A stretch of 64,000 nt of DNA. Source: Phaeosaccion multiseriatum. Taxonomy: Eukaryota > Protista > Ochrophyta, other classes. Numbering within the stretch: position 1 is the stretch's first letter; each line of letters opens with the position of its first letter. Made by a program: the position numbers and the translations under genes. The notes beneath the pieces are model-generated. The model was not told the DNA's origin and ran no database searches. It saw only the letters and a list, made by a program, of their open reading frames with translations. Where the stretch lies: positions 4,340,001 to 4,404,000 of the forward strand of contig OZ218951.1 in NCBI GenBank assembly GCA_965112735.1, written 5' to 3'. Shown piece after piece: positions 1-11,889 of the stretch.

Positions 1-304
1 CCACTCCGTCTGACTGCTGAGTAGCTGCCACAGCCCCGATTCCCAAGGCTACAGCCATCAGCGGTCCGGCCGCAACGAGACCGACGGCCGCTCCGGCAGC
101 TCCCGCTCCCATCACTTCCTCTTTTGACGGACCCCTTCCTTCATCACTCTTATCCACCTTCTGCATCTTCGTAGGGGGAGACATCTTCTCCTCCAGGGCC
201 TTCTTTAGCAGCCGCTCGACAAACGAGTTGGCTGCTAGGGCGGAGGTGACGGAAATGAGCAGCAGGAGCAGCAGGCACGTGGAGCCTCTGGTAACCAAAA
301 TCAT
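1..304 (-). CDS. 5' part of a gene for a signal-peptide protein with a glycine-zipper-like hydrophobic segment; runs off the window edge
   Basis: Minus-strand frame from ATG 304 is open to position 1: MILVTRGSTCLLLLLLISVTSALAANSFVERLLKKALEEKM...EVMGAGAAGAAVGLVAAGPLMAVALGIGAVAATQQSDGV. It is divergent from the b561 gene and absent from the ORF track (no stop in window). Confidence 0.6.
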   Translation of the reverse strand, partial: MILVTRGSTCLLLLLLISVTSALAANSFVERLLKKALEEKMSPPTKMQKVDKSDEGRGPSKEEVMGAGAAGAAVGLVAAGPLMAVALGIGAVAATQQSDGV

Positions 305-596
305 GCAAAGCTTGGCCTCTTTTGGTGTGGAGTGCAATGCGATGGGATTCCCTCTCTTTCCCTCCTTCTGAGTTCTGAAAATTTCTCATCGCATCTGGTA
401 GTCGCTTGTCATCTGTGACTCCGTATCCGCGCAGCCCACACAGGCAGGCCCCACCTGCCCTTTTGGAGCAGGAATCTGCAGCGTACGCCACCCAACGTAG
501 CAGCCAGAAGGAAAACAGCCACAGTACATACCAAAGCACCGACAGAAGCAGCAACAGCAGCAGCAACAGCAGCGCAGCAGCGTTACAGGCCACGGA

Positions 597-1828
597 ATGT
601 CACTCGAGAAGCTCTCCCTGTACACCGCCTTGGTTGTAACCGGCGTGGTCATCCAGCTCGCGTATGACACCAGTGTTGGGCCGCTGGAGCAGGCTCTGTT
701 TGCCTATCATCCCATTTGCATGACCTTGGGGTGAGAAGCAAGTAAAATGTCCGCCCTCTTGAGCATGAACGTGTCTTTCTGCCCTTCTCCGTCCCCCTCC
801 TTTCCTCTTCGACACCTGACAACTCCCCGTCTCCCTCGGCCCTGACCTGACACCCCTCTAGGACTGTGCTCATGGCGACAGCCTCTATCCTGGCCACGCG
901 CTCTCGGCACCGGGTGGACACGGTAGCCTCCAAGAGGCTCCGTGTGGTGTGGCATGTTGCGCTCAACGGCGCCGCTGTCCTCTTGGCGGGTGGCGGCTTC
1001 TACAGCATCTGGGAGAATAAGAATATACGAGGGAAGCCGCACTATACCACCTGGCACTCCTGGGTTGGTATAGGAATGGGAGCTCTTTGGTTCCTGTCTG
1101 CCTCACAAGGGAGCTTCAAGCTGGCCGCAAGCGGGGGCAAGGGCCTCAAGGTACGCTCCTGAATGAGCCAAGGGTGCCGAACGCGAAAGGGTGGTGCTGA
1201 GGATAGTCTCTCTCAATGTGAAGTCTTGGTTTGCTGCTGGTTATGACTCGTGGGATGAGAAAGAACATGACGGCCCTGTGACCCTCCCCTCTACTTTTGT
1301 GCCCTCCCTCTCTCTCTCTCCCTCTCCCTCTTCTCTCTCCATTCCCCCTCCCTCCCTCGCTCGCTCCGTCTCTGTCTCTCTCTCCGTCTATGTCTCTTCG
1401 CCTCTTTCTCTGTCTCTTTTGTCTCCTTTGCTGTCTCTGTCTCCCTCCTCCCTCCCTCCCTCCCTCGCTCCCTCCCCCTCTCCCCCCCCCCCCTCTCTTC
1501 TCTCTCTCTCTCGCTCCTCCTCTCCCAGTGGTTGTGGGTTTCCATGATTCACCGCTTCTTGGGCCTCTTTGGCTTTCTCACCGGGCTCGTCGCCGTGGGT
1601 CTCGGCTTTCAAAGCAATTGGGCGCGCAAGAATATGGGCGAGGGTTTGATTCAGGCCCTCACTCTGCTTCTGGTGTTGCTCGGCGCGGTCATAGCTCTGT
1701 CACCGCTGATAGAGGGGAGGGGGAAGTCGCGAGGAGGAGCAGCAGGGGGCCAGGGGCAAGGGGCGGGTGAAGTCGTCGCAAGCGGCTCATCGTCATCTTC
1801 GAATAAGGAGGGAAAGAAAAAAGCTTAG
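597..1828 (+). CDS. Cytochrome b561 / ferric-reductase-like transmembrane protein (CYB561D-like), 3 exons: 597-730, 862-1150, 1529-1828
   Basis: Spliced product carries the four heme-ligating His motifs: FAYHPICMTLG, WHVALNG, TTWHSWVG, IHRFLG. It has multiple TM helices and GT-AG introns. Confidence 0.85.
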
Positions 1829-3338
1829 TGAGTGAGTGAGTGAGTGACTGACTGGGTGAGTGTGTGTGTTTGTACGTGAGGGTACGTGTGTGTGTGTGTG
1901 TGTGTGCGTGTGTGTGTGCGTTGCATGTGTGTGCGTGGGTGTGCGTGCGTGCGTGCATGATTGAGTGAGTAGTGAGTGAGGTGGTGTTCACACGTTAGAG
2001 AAAGGGGAAGGCCCCGCATGATGAGATCCTTGCGATACGCTTTGTCATCGCTTTCCGAATACGACTCTCGGCGCTTTGGGCGACCGTACTATTGCCAATT
2101 GAAAGACAAGAGGCCGCAGCGAGCAGCAGCAAAAGAAAGTTGCCTACTCACCCACCCAAGGGCATCTCGTGTAAAAGAATTTGTACATTTATCGTATACA
2201 TTGGAAGTTAGGCAGGGCTTTCAGCCCTGGTGGGGCCCCTGCCCCTGCCCCTGCCCCTACCCCGGCACTGCGGTAGCCCTGCTCTACCTCTCACCTAGCG
2301 CGGCCTTTCGATCCCCTCTCGGAGCCGAGTCTGTTCTCTCCTGGCCCGATTGGCTTCCTTTTCTCCTCTCCCTCCGCCCCCTTCCCTATTCTACAATGCG
2401 CCTAAAGCCTCTGTCCTGGCAAGTCTCCTTCGTTTGCTGCAAAAAGCCCTCCTCCTTCGGCTCCCCAGGTTGTTACGCCACATCAAAATCTTCCCTCTCT
2501 TTGCAAATATACACGTTCGGCCTCTGAACCCGCCCTTATCCTTCCTGCCCACAATTATTTAGCGTAGGGACTAAATCTCCAGCTTGACCATCCAGAAGAA
2601 GGCCAAGCCCGAGAACATCACAAATAACTCCAGGTTATTGGAGGAGTGTGCCCCCCAGGGCTGGGAATCGAGATATGGATGTCGCTCCGGCTGCGGTGGT
2701 GGTTGTTGTTGCTGATGATTGTGGTATCGGAGGCTCGCCCCACCCCATGGCACGGCTGCGATGGACATGGAGAATGGCCCGCAAAATCCCCCGCTTGCTG
2801 CTCTTTACCAGCCCGGCTCCCGCCACACTCGGATGCTTGTCCTCACGCCCTTCTTCGTGTTGAGTTCGCCCGTCTTGAGAGCACAAGGGGGGGCAAAGAA
2901 GGAGGAAGTTGAAGGAATGCTCGGATCCTGCGAAAAGATCTGAAAGATCTCCACCTCAGACACGCAGCTTTAGTCCTTCTGTTGCTCCTGCGTCTTCTGC
3001 TGCTTCTCTTGCTCCTCCTAAGTTATCTCTATCTCTCTGATGGGCCTATTATTCTCTTTTCTTCAAGATGGGGTTGGGACCCTTTTGGGGGGGGGGGTCG
3101 TGGCCCCCCTGGGGCAATTTCCAGTTTCGATTTTTTCTTTTCTTCTCCCACCTCTTTCAACGCGAACCTTGCATTCCCCCCCCTTCCCCCCCCTTGCAGT
3201 CTGACCCCCCCCCCTAAGGGCAGGACAGATCGGCCATCGCACATAGACACCAACCAGCGCGGGCGGCCCCCCTTCAGCCCTTGGTTTGAGGTCTAACGAC
3301 CACCAGATTGTATTTACATTGACTGCCACCCTTCTCCT

Positions 3339-4394
3339 CTACAGCATGACTCCTCCTTCTGGGGTCCGGCCCATGCCTGCAGTGCCACTCTGCCCTGCTA
3401 CGTCTTCCTCTTCGTTGCCGCCCATCCCTCCCGGCAAGCCCATGCCAATGCGGCTACTGCTCCTGCTGCTGCTACTGCTACCACCACTGCCCACACCGCT
3501 CCCTGCGGTGGCGCCTCCCTCTTGCTTCGGCAAGCTGTAGCCCATGCCCAGCAGCAGCCGTTTCATGACTTCGGCTCTCTTTCGCTTCACCTTGAGGGCC
3601 ACTTGGTTCTCAGACAGCGCCTGCTTGAAGTCGTGGTCGTCAGGGCTCTCCCTGCCAAGTCAAAGTGAAGCAAGCCGCGAAGTGTGCGCATGGAGGAGGA
3701 CGGGGGGCAGGTCAGAGAGAAAGAGAGAGAAAGGGTCATCGGGAATTTCATCCTCCAGTCCATTCCACGGTTCAAGCCCTGAGCTGGCATCATAACGAGC
3801 AAGTCGAACAACAACGGCCCCCCGAGACCACGATAGGTTCGCCCCCCCTCCGTCTGTGGTGCAATTGTGTTTGTTCAGCCGCAGCCCACCCCAGTTCCCA
3901 CGAACCGCCCGCCTCGTGGCTTACGTGAGTGCCTTCTCTAGCTCGACATTGCTCCTGTCGAGGTGCTTGATGCTATTCTCTAGCTCGTTGAGGTCGGCCT
4001 CGATCACCTACACGCACAGGGGGGAGGAAGGGCGGTCAGGGAGTTAGAGAAACAACCGCGTGCATCAAAACTTGGGCATTGCTTGCTCTTAGCAGTAGGG
4101 TGCGGGGGGGGGGGTGTTCTCCGCTGCGGAGAGGTCAGCGAGAGCGCCACAAACCTTTCCGTTTCGTGCCCCGACCGACTGAACTTCCCTCTAACTTCTC
4201 TCCCTCTCCCCCCCATCCGGTAGTCAACATCCCCAGCACCAACGAGCACTCTTCGAAGGGAAAGAAGTCACCTGCGGTCTCCTCTCTTTATAGTCGTTTC
4301 CCTCCGTACGAAGCTTGGCCTCCAAGGCATCCAGAGAGGACTGACAGGAATCGCCACTCCGCTCAGGCAGCGGGATGGCGATCGGATCCACCAT
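3339..4394 (-). CDS. Tma17/Adc17-like small coiled-coil protein, 3 exons: 4394-4272, 4007-3925, 3651-3339
   Basis: Spliced: ...VIEADLNELENSIKHLDRSNVELEKALTESPDDHDFKQALSENQVALKVKRKRAEVMKRLL...EGGVML*. From recall, this resembles yeast Tma17 motifs EIENSINHLQRSN and DSVRENEIVL and its short hydrophobic C-terminus. Intron phases are consistent. Confidence 0.6.
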
Positions 4395-4790
4395 CCTCTC
4401 CTCTTCCCCCCTCGTTGGTCGCGGAATAAGGGCAGCCCGTGAGGAGCAAGAGCAGCAGGAGGAGGAGGAGGGAGGCGGTAGAAGGGAAGCACGTAGAGGA
4501 GCAAGAGCGATATCCAAGAGCAAGAGCCGAGCGAGAAATTAGGAAGAACCAACGTACTCACAGATGGCCACCCACGGGTGCAGGAGGGGGGAACTGTGTG
4601 TTCACCTTTCCTTCCCCCTCTTCTAACACAACACCTCGATGCATCAGCAGGAGGTTAGAGGATAAGTCGCTGCCAGTCTCTCTCTCTTCTACTTTGCAAC
4701 AAGCGTGTGGCTGGCTACAACGTTCAAAGCTTTGGACTGAGGTCAAAAAGCCTTGCGATGTGTCAGAAGGCACCTACTCGCGTGAGGGCG

Positions 4791-6582
4791 ATGGCCGTTG
4801 GCATGGTGCTCAGCCTGACCTTCGTTTGCCTCCCACCTTGCCTCGCCTTCATGGGTCCTCTTGGGGGAAGACCCGTAGCGGGAAGGGGACTGAGTATTGT
4901 GGGGGGAAGCGGCAACATCGGCAGCAGTGGCAGCATATGTTCAAGAAGCAGCCGGAGCTGCACGGATCGAGGCAGGACTGTGGCAGGACGCCGGTGTCGT
5001 GCAGCGAACAGCAGCCGCAGATGGGCAGTGAAGCCCGGGAACGTGGTGCAGAGGCCGACAGACAAGGGGCCCTGCGAACTCGAGCTGTTCTGCCCGGCAA
5101 AGGTGCGACACAAGGCGGAGAACACAGGACCTTGGTTGAGGCACGAGGGGAATCGCTTGTGGGGAGGCGCGGGGGGGATGGGGAGGAGGAAGGGTTGCTT
5201 GAGCAAGGGTGCATTGAGCTTTGCACCGATGTTGCACAACCTTCTGTGGGCGTGGGTGTTGTTGCGTGTTCATCAGTGGCAGGCATGTTCCTTCCCCTTC
5301 CGTGGAGAAATAATAACGCCCCACTCCTGCTCTATCCCTCTCGTGAACTATTCTGCTGTTTGCATGCCCTCCGTCGACAAGATCAACCTCTTTCTGCGGA
5401 TGATGGGCAAGAGGCCAGACAACTACAACGAGTTGGCGTCGCTATTTCAGGTCAGTGAACAGAAGATGGCAGTAGGCGATCGAAGAGGATTGACTACAGT
5501 ACAGACCTCGTATGCTCCGCTGTGTTTCCTCGCTGTCCCTCGGGTTGGTGCGAAAGGTGTATGCTTGAAGCTCACTATGCACCCCACCCCCACCCCCCGC
5601 CCCTCTTCCCCTCCCTTTCACACCAAACGCATGGAACCCGGACTTATCGTCGTTGTTGTTGCTACTGTTGATGCTGTTTTTGTTCTTGCTGCTGCTGCTA
5701 CTGCCATTGTCGTCTTCATCGTTTTTGCTGTTACTTTAAAGACGGTGGGCTTCGGGGACAAGCTGTTTTTCTACCGCCTCGGGCCCGACGCACAAGACGA
5801 CTCCATGTCGTGCACAAACACAGACCTGCCCACAGGCAAGACCAACCTCATCATTAGGGCCATCGAGGTGTACAGGGAGGTCACCGGCATCGAGGACTAC
5901 TTCCATGTTAGTATATGAGAGAGAGGAGGAAGTGAAGTGCTTCGAGCGGTGTCTACAGTGCAAAGCGGTCTCTCCCTATGTATCTATCGATGTATCTACA
6001 TCCCGCGAGACAGTCTTCTTCGTGGTGTGTGTTCTGTTTCTGTTGTATTCCTTTGTCCGCCCCTGATTGCGGCTTGGGCCATTCTTCCCCCACCTTTCAC
6101 CTCCCACCCCCGTTCGCTGCTTCACTCTGTGTTGCCCCTCACTCTCTTCCCCGTCATTCCACTCCCCCCTCCCCCCCCCTTACTTCGTTTCCTTTAGATC
6201 CACGTGGAGAAGCGCATTCCCCCACAAGCTGGTATGGGAGGGGGCAGCGCCAACGCCGCCACCACTCTGTTTGGGCTGAACGAGCTGTGCGGTCGTCAGT
6301 GCACTCAAGAGGTGAGGGAGGGAGAGAGAGGGGGCCAGGAGAGAGGATGACCCATGCCGCAATCAGTGTCGGAGAAGGGGGGACGAGCAGGGTGTGAGGC
6401 ATCAAGTCATTACTGAGAGAGAGGCAACCCTTGTGGGCAGCCTTCCTTCCCTCCTCAGTACACCGCTCCTCCTCCTCCTCCTCCTCCTCCTCCTCCTCCT
6501 CCTCCTCCTCCTCCTCCTCCTCCTCCTCCTCCTCCTCCTCCTCCTCCTCCTCCTCCTCCTCCTCCTCGTCCTCCTCCTGCTG

Positions 6583-6641
<59 letters not shown>

Positions 6642-8097
6642 GCCGCTCTTGTTGCTGCTGCTTTTGACCCATACAATGCTGCTTGTCCCTCCCTTCCACC
6701 CCTCCTCCCCCCCCCTATCAGCAACTGGGGGAAATGGGCGCGGAGCTGGGGTCGGACGTAACGTTCTTCTTCAGCAGAGGCACCTCTTACTGCACGGGCA
6801 GGGGAGAGATCCTGCGCAATGTCAAACCCCTTCCGCAGACACAGTAAGTTGCCAAGTCTCGCTTGCACCATCCACTGCCATCCTCTCTCTCACTCCCGCC
6901 TCCCTTCTCATTACCCTATCTCACCCTACCCTACTCTGTGCGGATGATCTCTCTAACCTGATACCTTCCTTCCTTCCTTCCTTCCTTCCTTCCTTCCTTC
7001 CTTCCTTCCTTCCTTCCTTCCTTCCTTCCTTCCTTCCTTCCTTCCTTCCTTTTCCTTCTTTCCTTTCTTCCTTCCTTCCTTCCTTCCTTCCTTCCTCGGT
7101 CGCGTCGGGACAACAGAGTTTGGCTCATCAAGATCCGCGAGGGTCTCTCCACGCCACTGGTCTTCAAATCATTGGACTATGACATGGTCTCTTCAGTGGA
7201 CCCCGAGCAGCTGCTAAAGGAGTTTATGGAGAAGGAGGACCCGGCAGAGGCCACGTATATCAACGATCTGGAGGTGCCTGCGTTCAAGGTGCTGCCCAAG
7301 CTGGCAGAGGTCAAGAAGGACTTGGAGGTACGGGAGTTGGTGGTCAGGGAGGGGAGGGAGGGGAGGCAAAGGGGAGGGCAGGGAGAGGGGAGGGGAGGGA
7401 GGTAAGGGATGGGGGGGGAGGGGAGGGAAGGGGAGGGGAGGGGAGGGGAGATGAGGATGAGGGGAGGGGAAGAAGGCTGAGCAGAGCATGAGCAGAGCGT
7501 ATCCGTGCACGAGAGGGGAGGAGGCGTTGTCCACAATACCTAGCGAGTGCTCTATCAATCGACCGCTCCATCAGTCCACCAATCAATCAGATTGGGCCAG
7601 GCCACGCATTCACACAGTTCCTTCCCTCCCTCCTCTCTCTCTTCTCTCCCTCCCTCCCTCTCCCTCCCTCTCTCTCTCCCCTTTGGTGCGCACACACACA
7701 CACACACACACATCACACACAATAGGCCTACGGCTTCCCGAGAGTGATGATGAGCGGCAGCGGCTCCACCATCTTCTGTATCGGCCTTCCCTCCGGAGAG
7801 CTTGCCGCCTCCTGGCCGCGCCCCTTCCTCGTCAAGTGGGACTGCTCCATTTGGGTCACAACCTTCATCAGCAGGTTGGTTGGGTGGGTGGGTGGGTGGA
7901 TAGGTGGTTGGTTGGTTGGTTGGGTGGGTGGGTGGGTTGATAGGTTGGTTGGTTGGTTGGCTGGTTGGCTGGTTGGTTGGTTGGTTGGTTGGTTGGTTAA
8001 TCGTCGGTTGGTGCGTCGGTCGATCTGGTTTGTTTCGGTGGGATCTAAGAACGGACCAGAGAGAGGAAGAGAGAGCGAGAGAGAAGAGAGAGAAGAG

Positions 8098-8134
<37 letters not shown>

Positions 8135-8637
8135 CAGAGAGAGAGAGCATTCATGGAGGCACACAGCAGCACCGCACGCGGGGAAGGACAGAACACCCAG
8201 CCCCCCCCCCCCCCCCTCTCTTCTCCTCCTTGCAGGGTGTATTGGATTGGATTGGATTGGATTGGGTTGGGGCTGGTTCATTGCCTCTCTCCGCCTTGGA
8301 TGCAGCAACCATCCCTCGTTGCTTCCCTTGTGACTGGTGGAATTAGTCCCCTCTCTACGCCCCTCCCTCGCCCCTCCGTTTCCCATACTGACCTCTGTGT
8401 ATATGCGTATGTGTGTGTGCGTGCGTGTGTACGTGTATGTATATGTGTGTGCATCTCTCTCTCTCTCTCTCTGTCTGTCTATGTATGTGTGTGTGCGCGC
8501 GTGCGTGTTTCAGGCCCGAGGACGAGCACCTCTGGTACAAACAGGAGACTCCGTACGCCCCCCCCACTGAAGCAATTAGCGGTAGCAGCAGCAGCAGCAG
8601 TAGCAATGGAGGTGGCGTTTCCCCGCCACCAGCTTAG
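4791..8637 (+). CDS. ispE: 4-diphosphocytidyl-2-C-methyl-D-erythritol kinase (MEP pathway), plastid-targeted, ~8 exons
   Basis: Motifs CPAK|INLFLRMMGKRPDNYNELASLFQ, KRIPPQAGMGGGSANAA (GHMP kinase), LGSDVTFF, TGRGE, NDLEVPAF, MMSGSGSTIF. N-terminus MAVGMVLSLTFVCLPPCLAF is a signal peptide with an A-F cleavage motif followed by a Ser/Arg-rich transit peptide. Alternative start at 4758. Confidence 0.95.
6467..6640. repeat. (CTC)n then (CTGCTC)n microsatellite in an ispE intron
   Basis: Directly visible. Confidence 0.95.
6964..7095. repeat. (CCTT)n microsatellite in an ispE intron
   Basis: Directly visible. Confidence 0.95.
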
Positions 8638-8816
8638 GTATCACATATCACATCACCGCCTTCTCTTACTTGAGCCATTAATGAATGTTTCGAGCATGGT
8701 ATACTCACGCTTTCCTACCGCTTGCATGATGTTACACCACATAAGAACATCCCTGGCACATTCCACGTGTGGGCCTTGAAAGTGTCCTTCCCGTTTCCCG
8801 TCCTCGCCCCACCAGA

Positions 8817-8936
8817 TCGACCCCTGACACGCTATCCGCTATCCGCTGTCGCCGGCGCCAGCCGATCCGCTATTCGGCGGCCGATAGCGCGATAGCGCGC
8901 TGTCGAGAAAGTGGGCGACAGCGTGTCAGGGGTCGA
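8817..8936. mobile_element. ~120-bp MITE-like element with terminal inverted repeats
   Basis: TCGACCCCTGACACGCT (8817-8833) is the exact reverse complement of AGCGTGTCAGGGGTCGA (8920-8936). The IR extends by GTCGCC if an internal ATCCGCT duplication is removed. Intergenic; no clear TSD. Confidence 0.5.
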
Positions 8937-9481
8937 CCATCATCCTGTATTGCTTACGGTTGGGCCAGATATTGCTTACGGTTGGGCTAGCCGCTAAGTT
9001 GGTAAAGCGGAAAAAAGAAAAAACAAACCAGTGTGTCTGTGAGAGAGAGAGAGAGACGCCTTGCAGCCTGGGTTGTTGTTTTTAAACGCTGGGGTAGACT
9101 TGCTATAGCATTGGGAAACAGTTGGTAAGACGGGAAGACGGCAAAGTAAGAGAGAGAACATTGAGGGAGGGGGGGGGGGGGTTGGGAGGGAAGCCGGGAG
9201 CGAAAGCAGCAGGACCATAAGTGGCTTCGGCTTCGCTTACGACTGTGGACTATATTTTCTTTGTTCTTGCGCTTCGTTAATATGGCTGGGCGGCATGCCT
9301 GGTGGTGTATTTACTTGCCTCAACCCTCGTGTTGTTCTGCACAGTTCCCCTGTGTCTCTTGCGTCCCCTTTGTCCTCTTCTTTTGATTTCCTCTCCCTCC
9401 CTCCACCCTTGCCTCGTCGCTCCCTCGCTCTTTGCCTTACGTGTAATGAATTCAAGACCGGGGGCAAATAGGCGGGCAACC

Positions 9482-10720
9482 ATGTGGGAAGCAGAGACGA
9501 TGGAGGTGGATGCGGATGGTGTGGTCATCGAGATTGACAAGGACCCTGAGGGTGAGTAGCGGACTACCTTGAGCTTGACGGTAGCAAGTGAGCACAACCA
9601 CTTTCTGTCACCTCTCTCCCTCTCTGTCTCTCTCTCTCTCGCTCTCCCTTCTATCTCTCCGTCGCGCTCTTCACCCCCCTCCTTCCCCACTCTCTCCTCT
9701 TTTCTCTGTCTCCCCCCCCTCTGTCTATCTCCCTTTCCTGTTCACTCTTCCCCTTCTTCGCTCCCACCGAACGATCTTCCCCCTTCTCGCTCCGTCATTA
9801 TCTGTTCTCTCTCTCTCTCTCCCTCTCTCTCTCTCTCTCTCGTTCTCTCTTCTCTCTTCTCCCCCCACCCTCTCACCCCCGCCCTCTTCTCCTACCTCAC
9901 ACCGGACTACCTCTCTCACTCCCGCCCCGTATCTTCCTCCCTTCTCTCTCTCCTCCTCCTCCCTCCCTCTCACTCCTCTCCTATCCTTCCCTCCCACCGG
10001 ACTGGCCTCCCTCTCTCTCCCTCTCTCTCTCAGGCACTAAATTACGCTGTCAGCTCGACGCAGTCACCGCTGCATTCGAGAGCAGTAAGGACGATCAGGC
10101 CGCGATTAAGGGGTATAGAGAGATTTTAGACTACCAGCAGGAGGTAAGAGAGAGCACCGCGAGAGGGCACAGCACCAGTCTGACTGAATGGGCTTCATTG
10201 GATGAGATACCCAATACCAGCCATCCTCCGGACCTTCCTCCATGCGCTCAACTCACTCAAATCTAGTCAAGAGAGGCGGCAATGAAGACACGAACAGTTG
10301 TTGTTGGCGGAATGGGATTTGACTTTCCTCTCGAGCGTGCGACTCATTCAGAGATCCCGGCTCAATGAGGCAAAGAGGCAAAGAGGCAGCGGGTGGTGGT
10401 GATGGAGGGAACTGAAGAAGCCTTGCAGGGGGAGGGGGGGGGGCTTCAGACTTGTACAAGGGAAGGGAAGAAGGGGGTCTGGAGTGGCCATTGTTGTCAT
10501 CGCCATTTCCCCTCCACTTACTTAGGGAGGGAGGGAGAGGGAGGAAGGAAGGATTGATGGATGAATGGACGGATGATACAGGAATAAACAGCCTGATGGA
10601 GGTGCCTGACCCGGGGGAGGGGGTGAGGGGGGTGAAGATGAGTGTGGGGACTTGATTGAAGCGGCGGCTGCGCTCCTTGTTGTGGCCCAGCCCCCCCCCC
10701 CCTTCCTTTCCCCTTATCCT

Positions 10721-10786
<66 letters not shown>

Positions 10787-11738
10787 TTGTTGTTTGTTGC
10801 GTCCACTCTCCTCGATTAGGAGGTGCCCACGACAGACACGGAGGAGGGAGAGGATGGAATGGGGGCAGCATCGAAAGAGTCGGGCCCTTCGGAGGGGGTG
10901 CAAAAGGCCAAGGAGATGGCTTTGTACAAGCTGGCCAGGACGTACGCTGATGCAAAGGTGAGGGAGGGAGGGGGGGAGGGAGGGAGGGAGGGAGGGAGGG
11001 AGGGAGGGAGGGAGGGCAGGAGGGAGGGAGGATGGACGGAAGGGAGGAACGACGAAAGGAAGGAAAGGAAGGAAAGAAAGAAGTCCATCGATTGATAGTA
11101 GTGACGGATGTCTCAGTGCTAATTCACTGGTAGAAAAGCCCCGACCCCCATCGCATGGGTCGCGTCCTCTCTCCGGCCTTCCCTACACTCTGCCTCTCCT
11201 CTCCTCCCCATGTGCCTCACCTCTTCCCTGTGCTGCTCTGCCCTCTGCGGCTCTGTGCTGCCCTGCGCTCCTCTCCTCTGCTGTGCTGTGCTGCAGGAGT
11301 TTGCCAACGTGATGGACCTTCTCCGATCAGCGAATGACTTCTTCACAACAATCCCCAAGGCAAGGACCGCCAAAGTCGTGCGGACAGTCATCGACATCGT
11401 CAGCCAGGTGCGCGTGTGTGCGTGTGTCCGTGTGTGCGTGTGCGTGTGCGTGTGCGTGTGCGTATGTGTCCATGTGTGTGTCGTGTCTGTGCGCGTGTGT
11501 GTATATATTCATGCCAAAGTCACCAGTTGTCAAAAGTGAACTCAGTGGTCTTGCGTTGGCTTTTGTTGTCCATCTCTTCCTCTCTCCTAAGCCCAAGAAC
11601 TGGTTTCAGCACTCCCCTCCTGACACACTGTCTTCCCCCCGCCCCTTCTCTTTCGTGGGCCCGTCTTCTGCCCCCTTGGCTGCCTGCCTGTCGGCCGGCC
11701 TGCCTGCCTGCCTGCCTACCTACCTACCTGTCTGTGTA

Positions 11739-11815
<77 letters not shown>

Positions 11816-11830
11816 GTATCTGTCTATCTA

Positions 11831-11889
<59 letters not shown>

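Noticed and set aside
2571-2768. Small minus-strand ORF ending in a hydrophobic segment (LFVMFSGLAFFWMVKLEI)
   Set aside because: Could be a micro-protein or terminal exon, but I see no family motif or convincing splice link.
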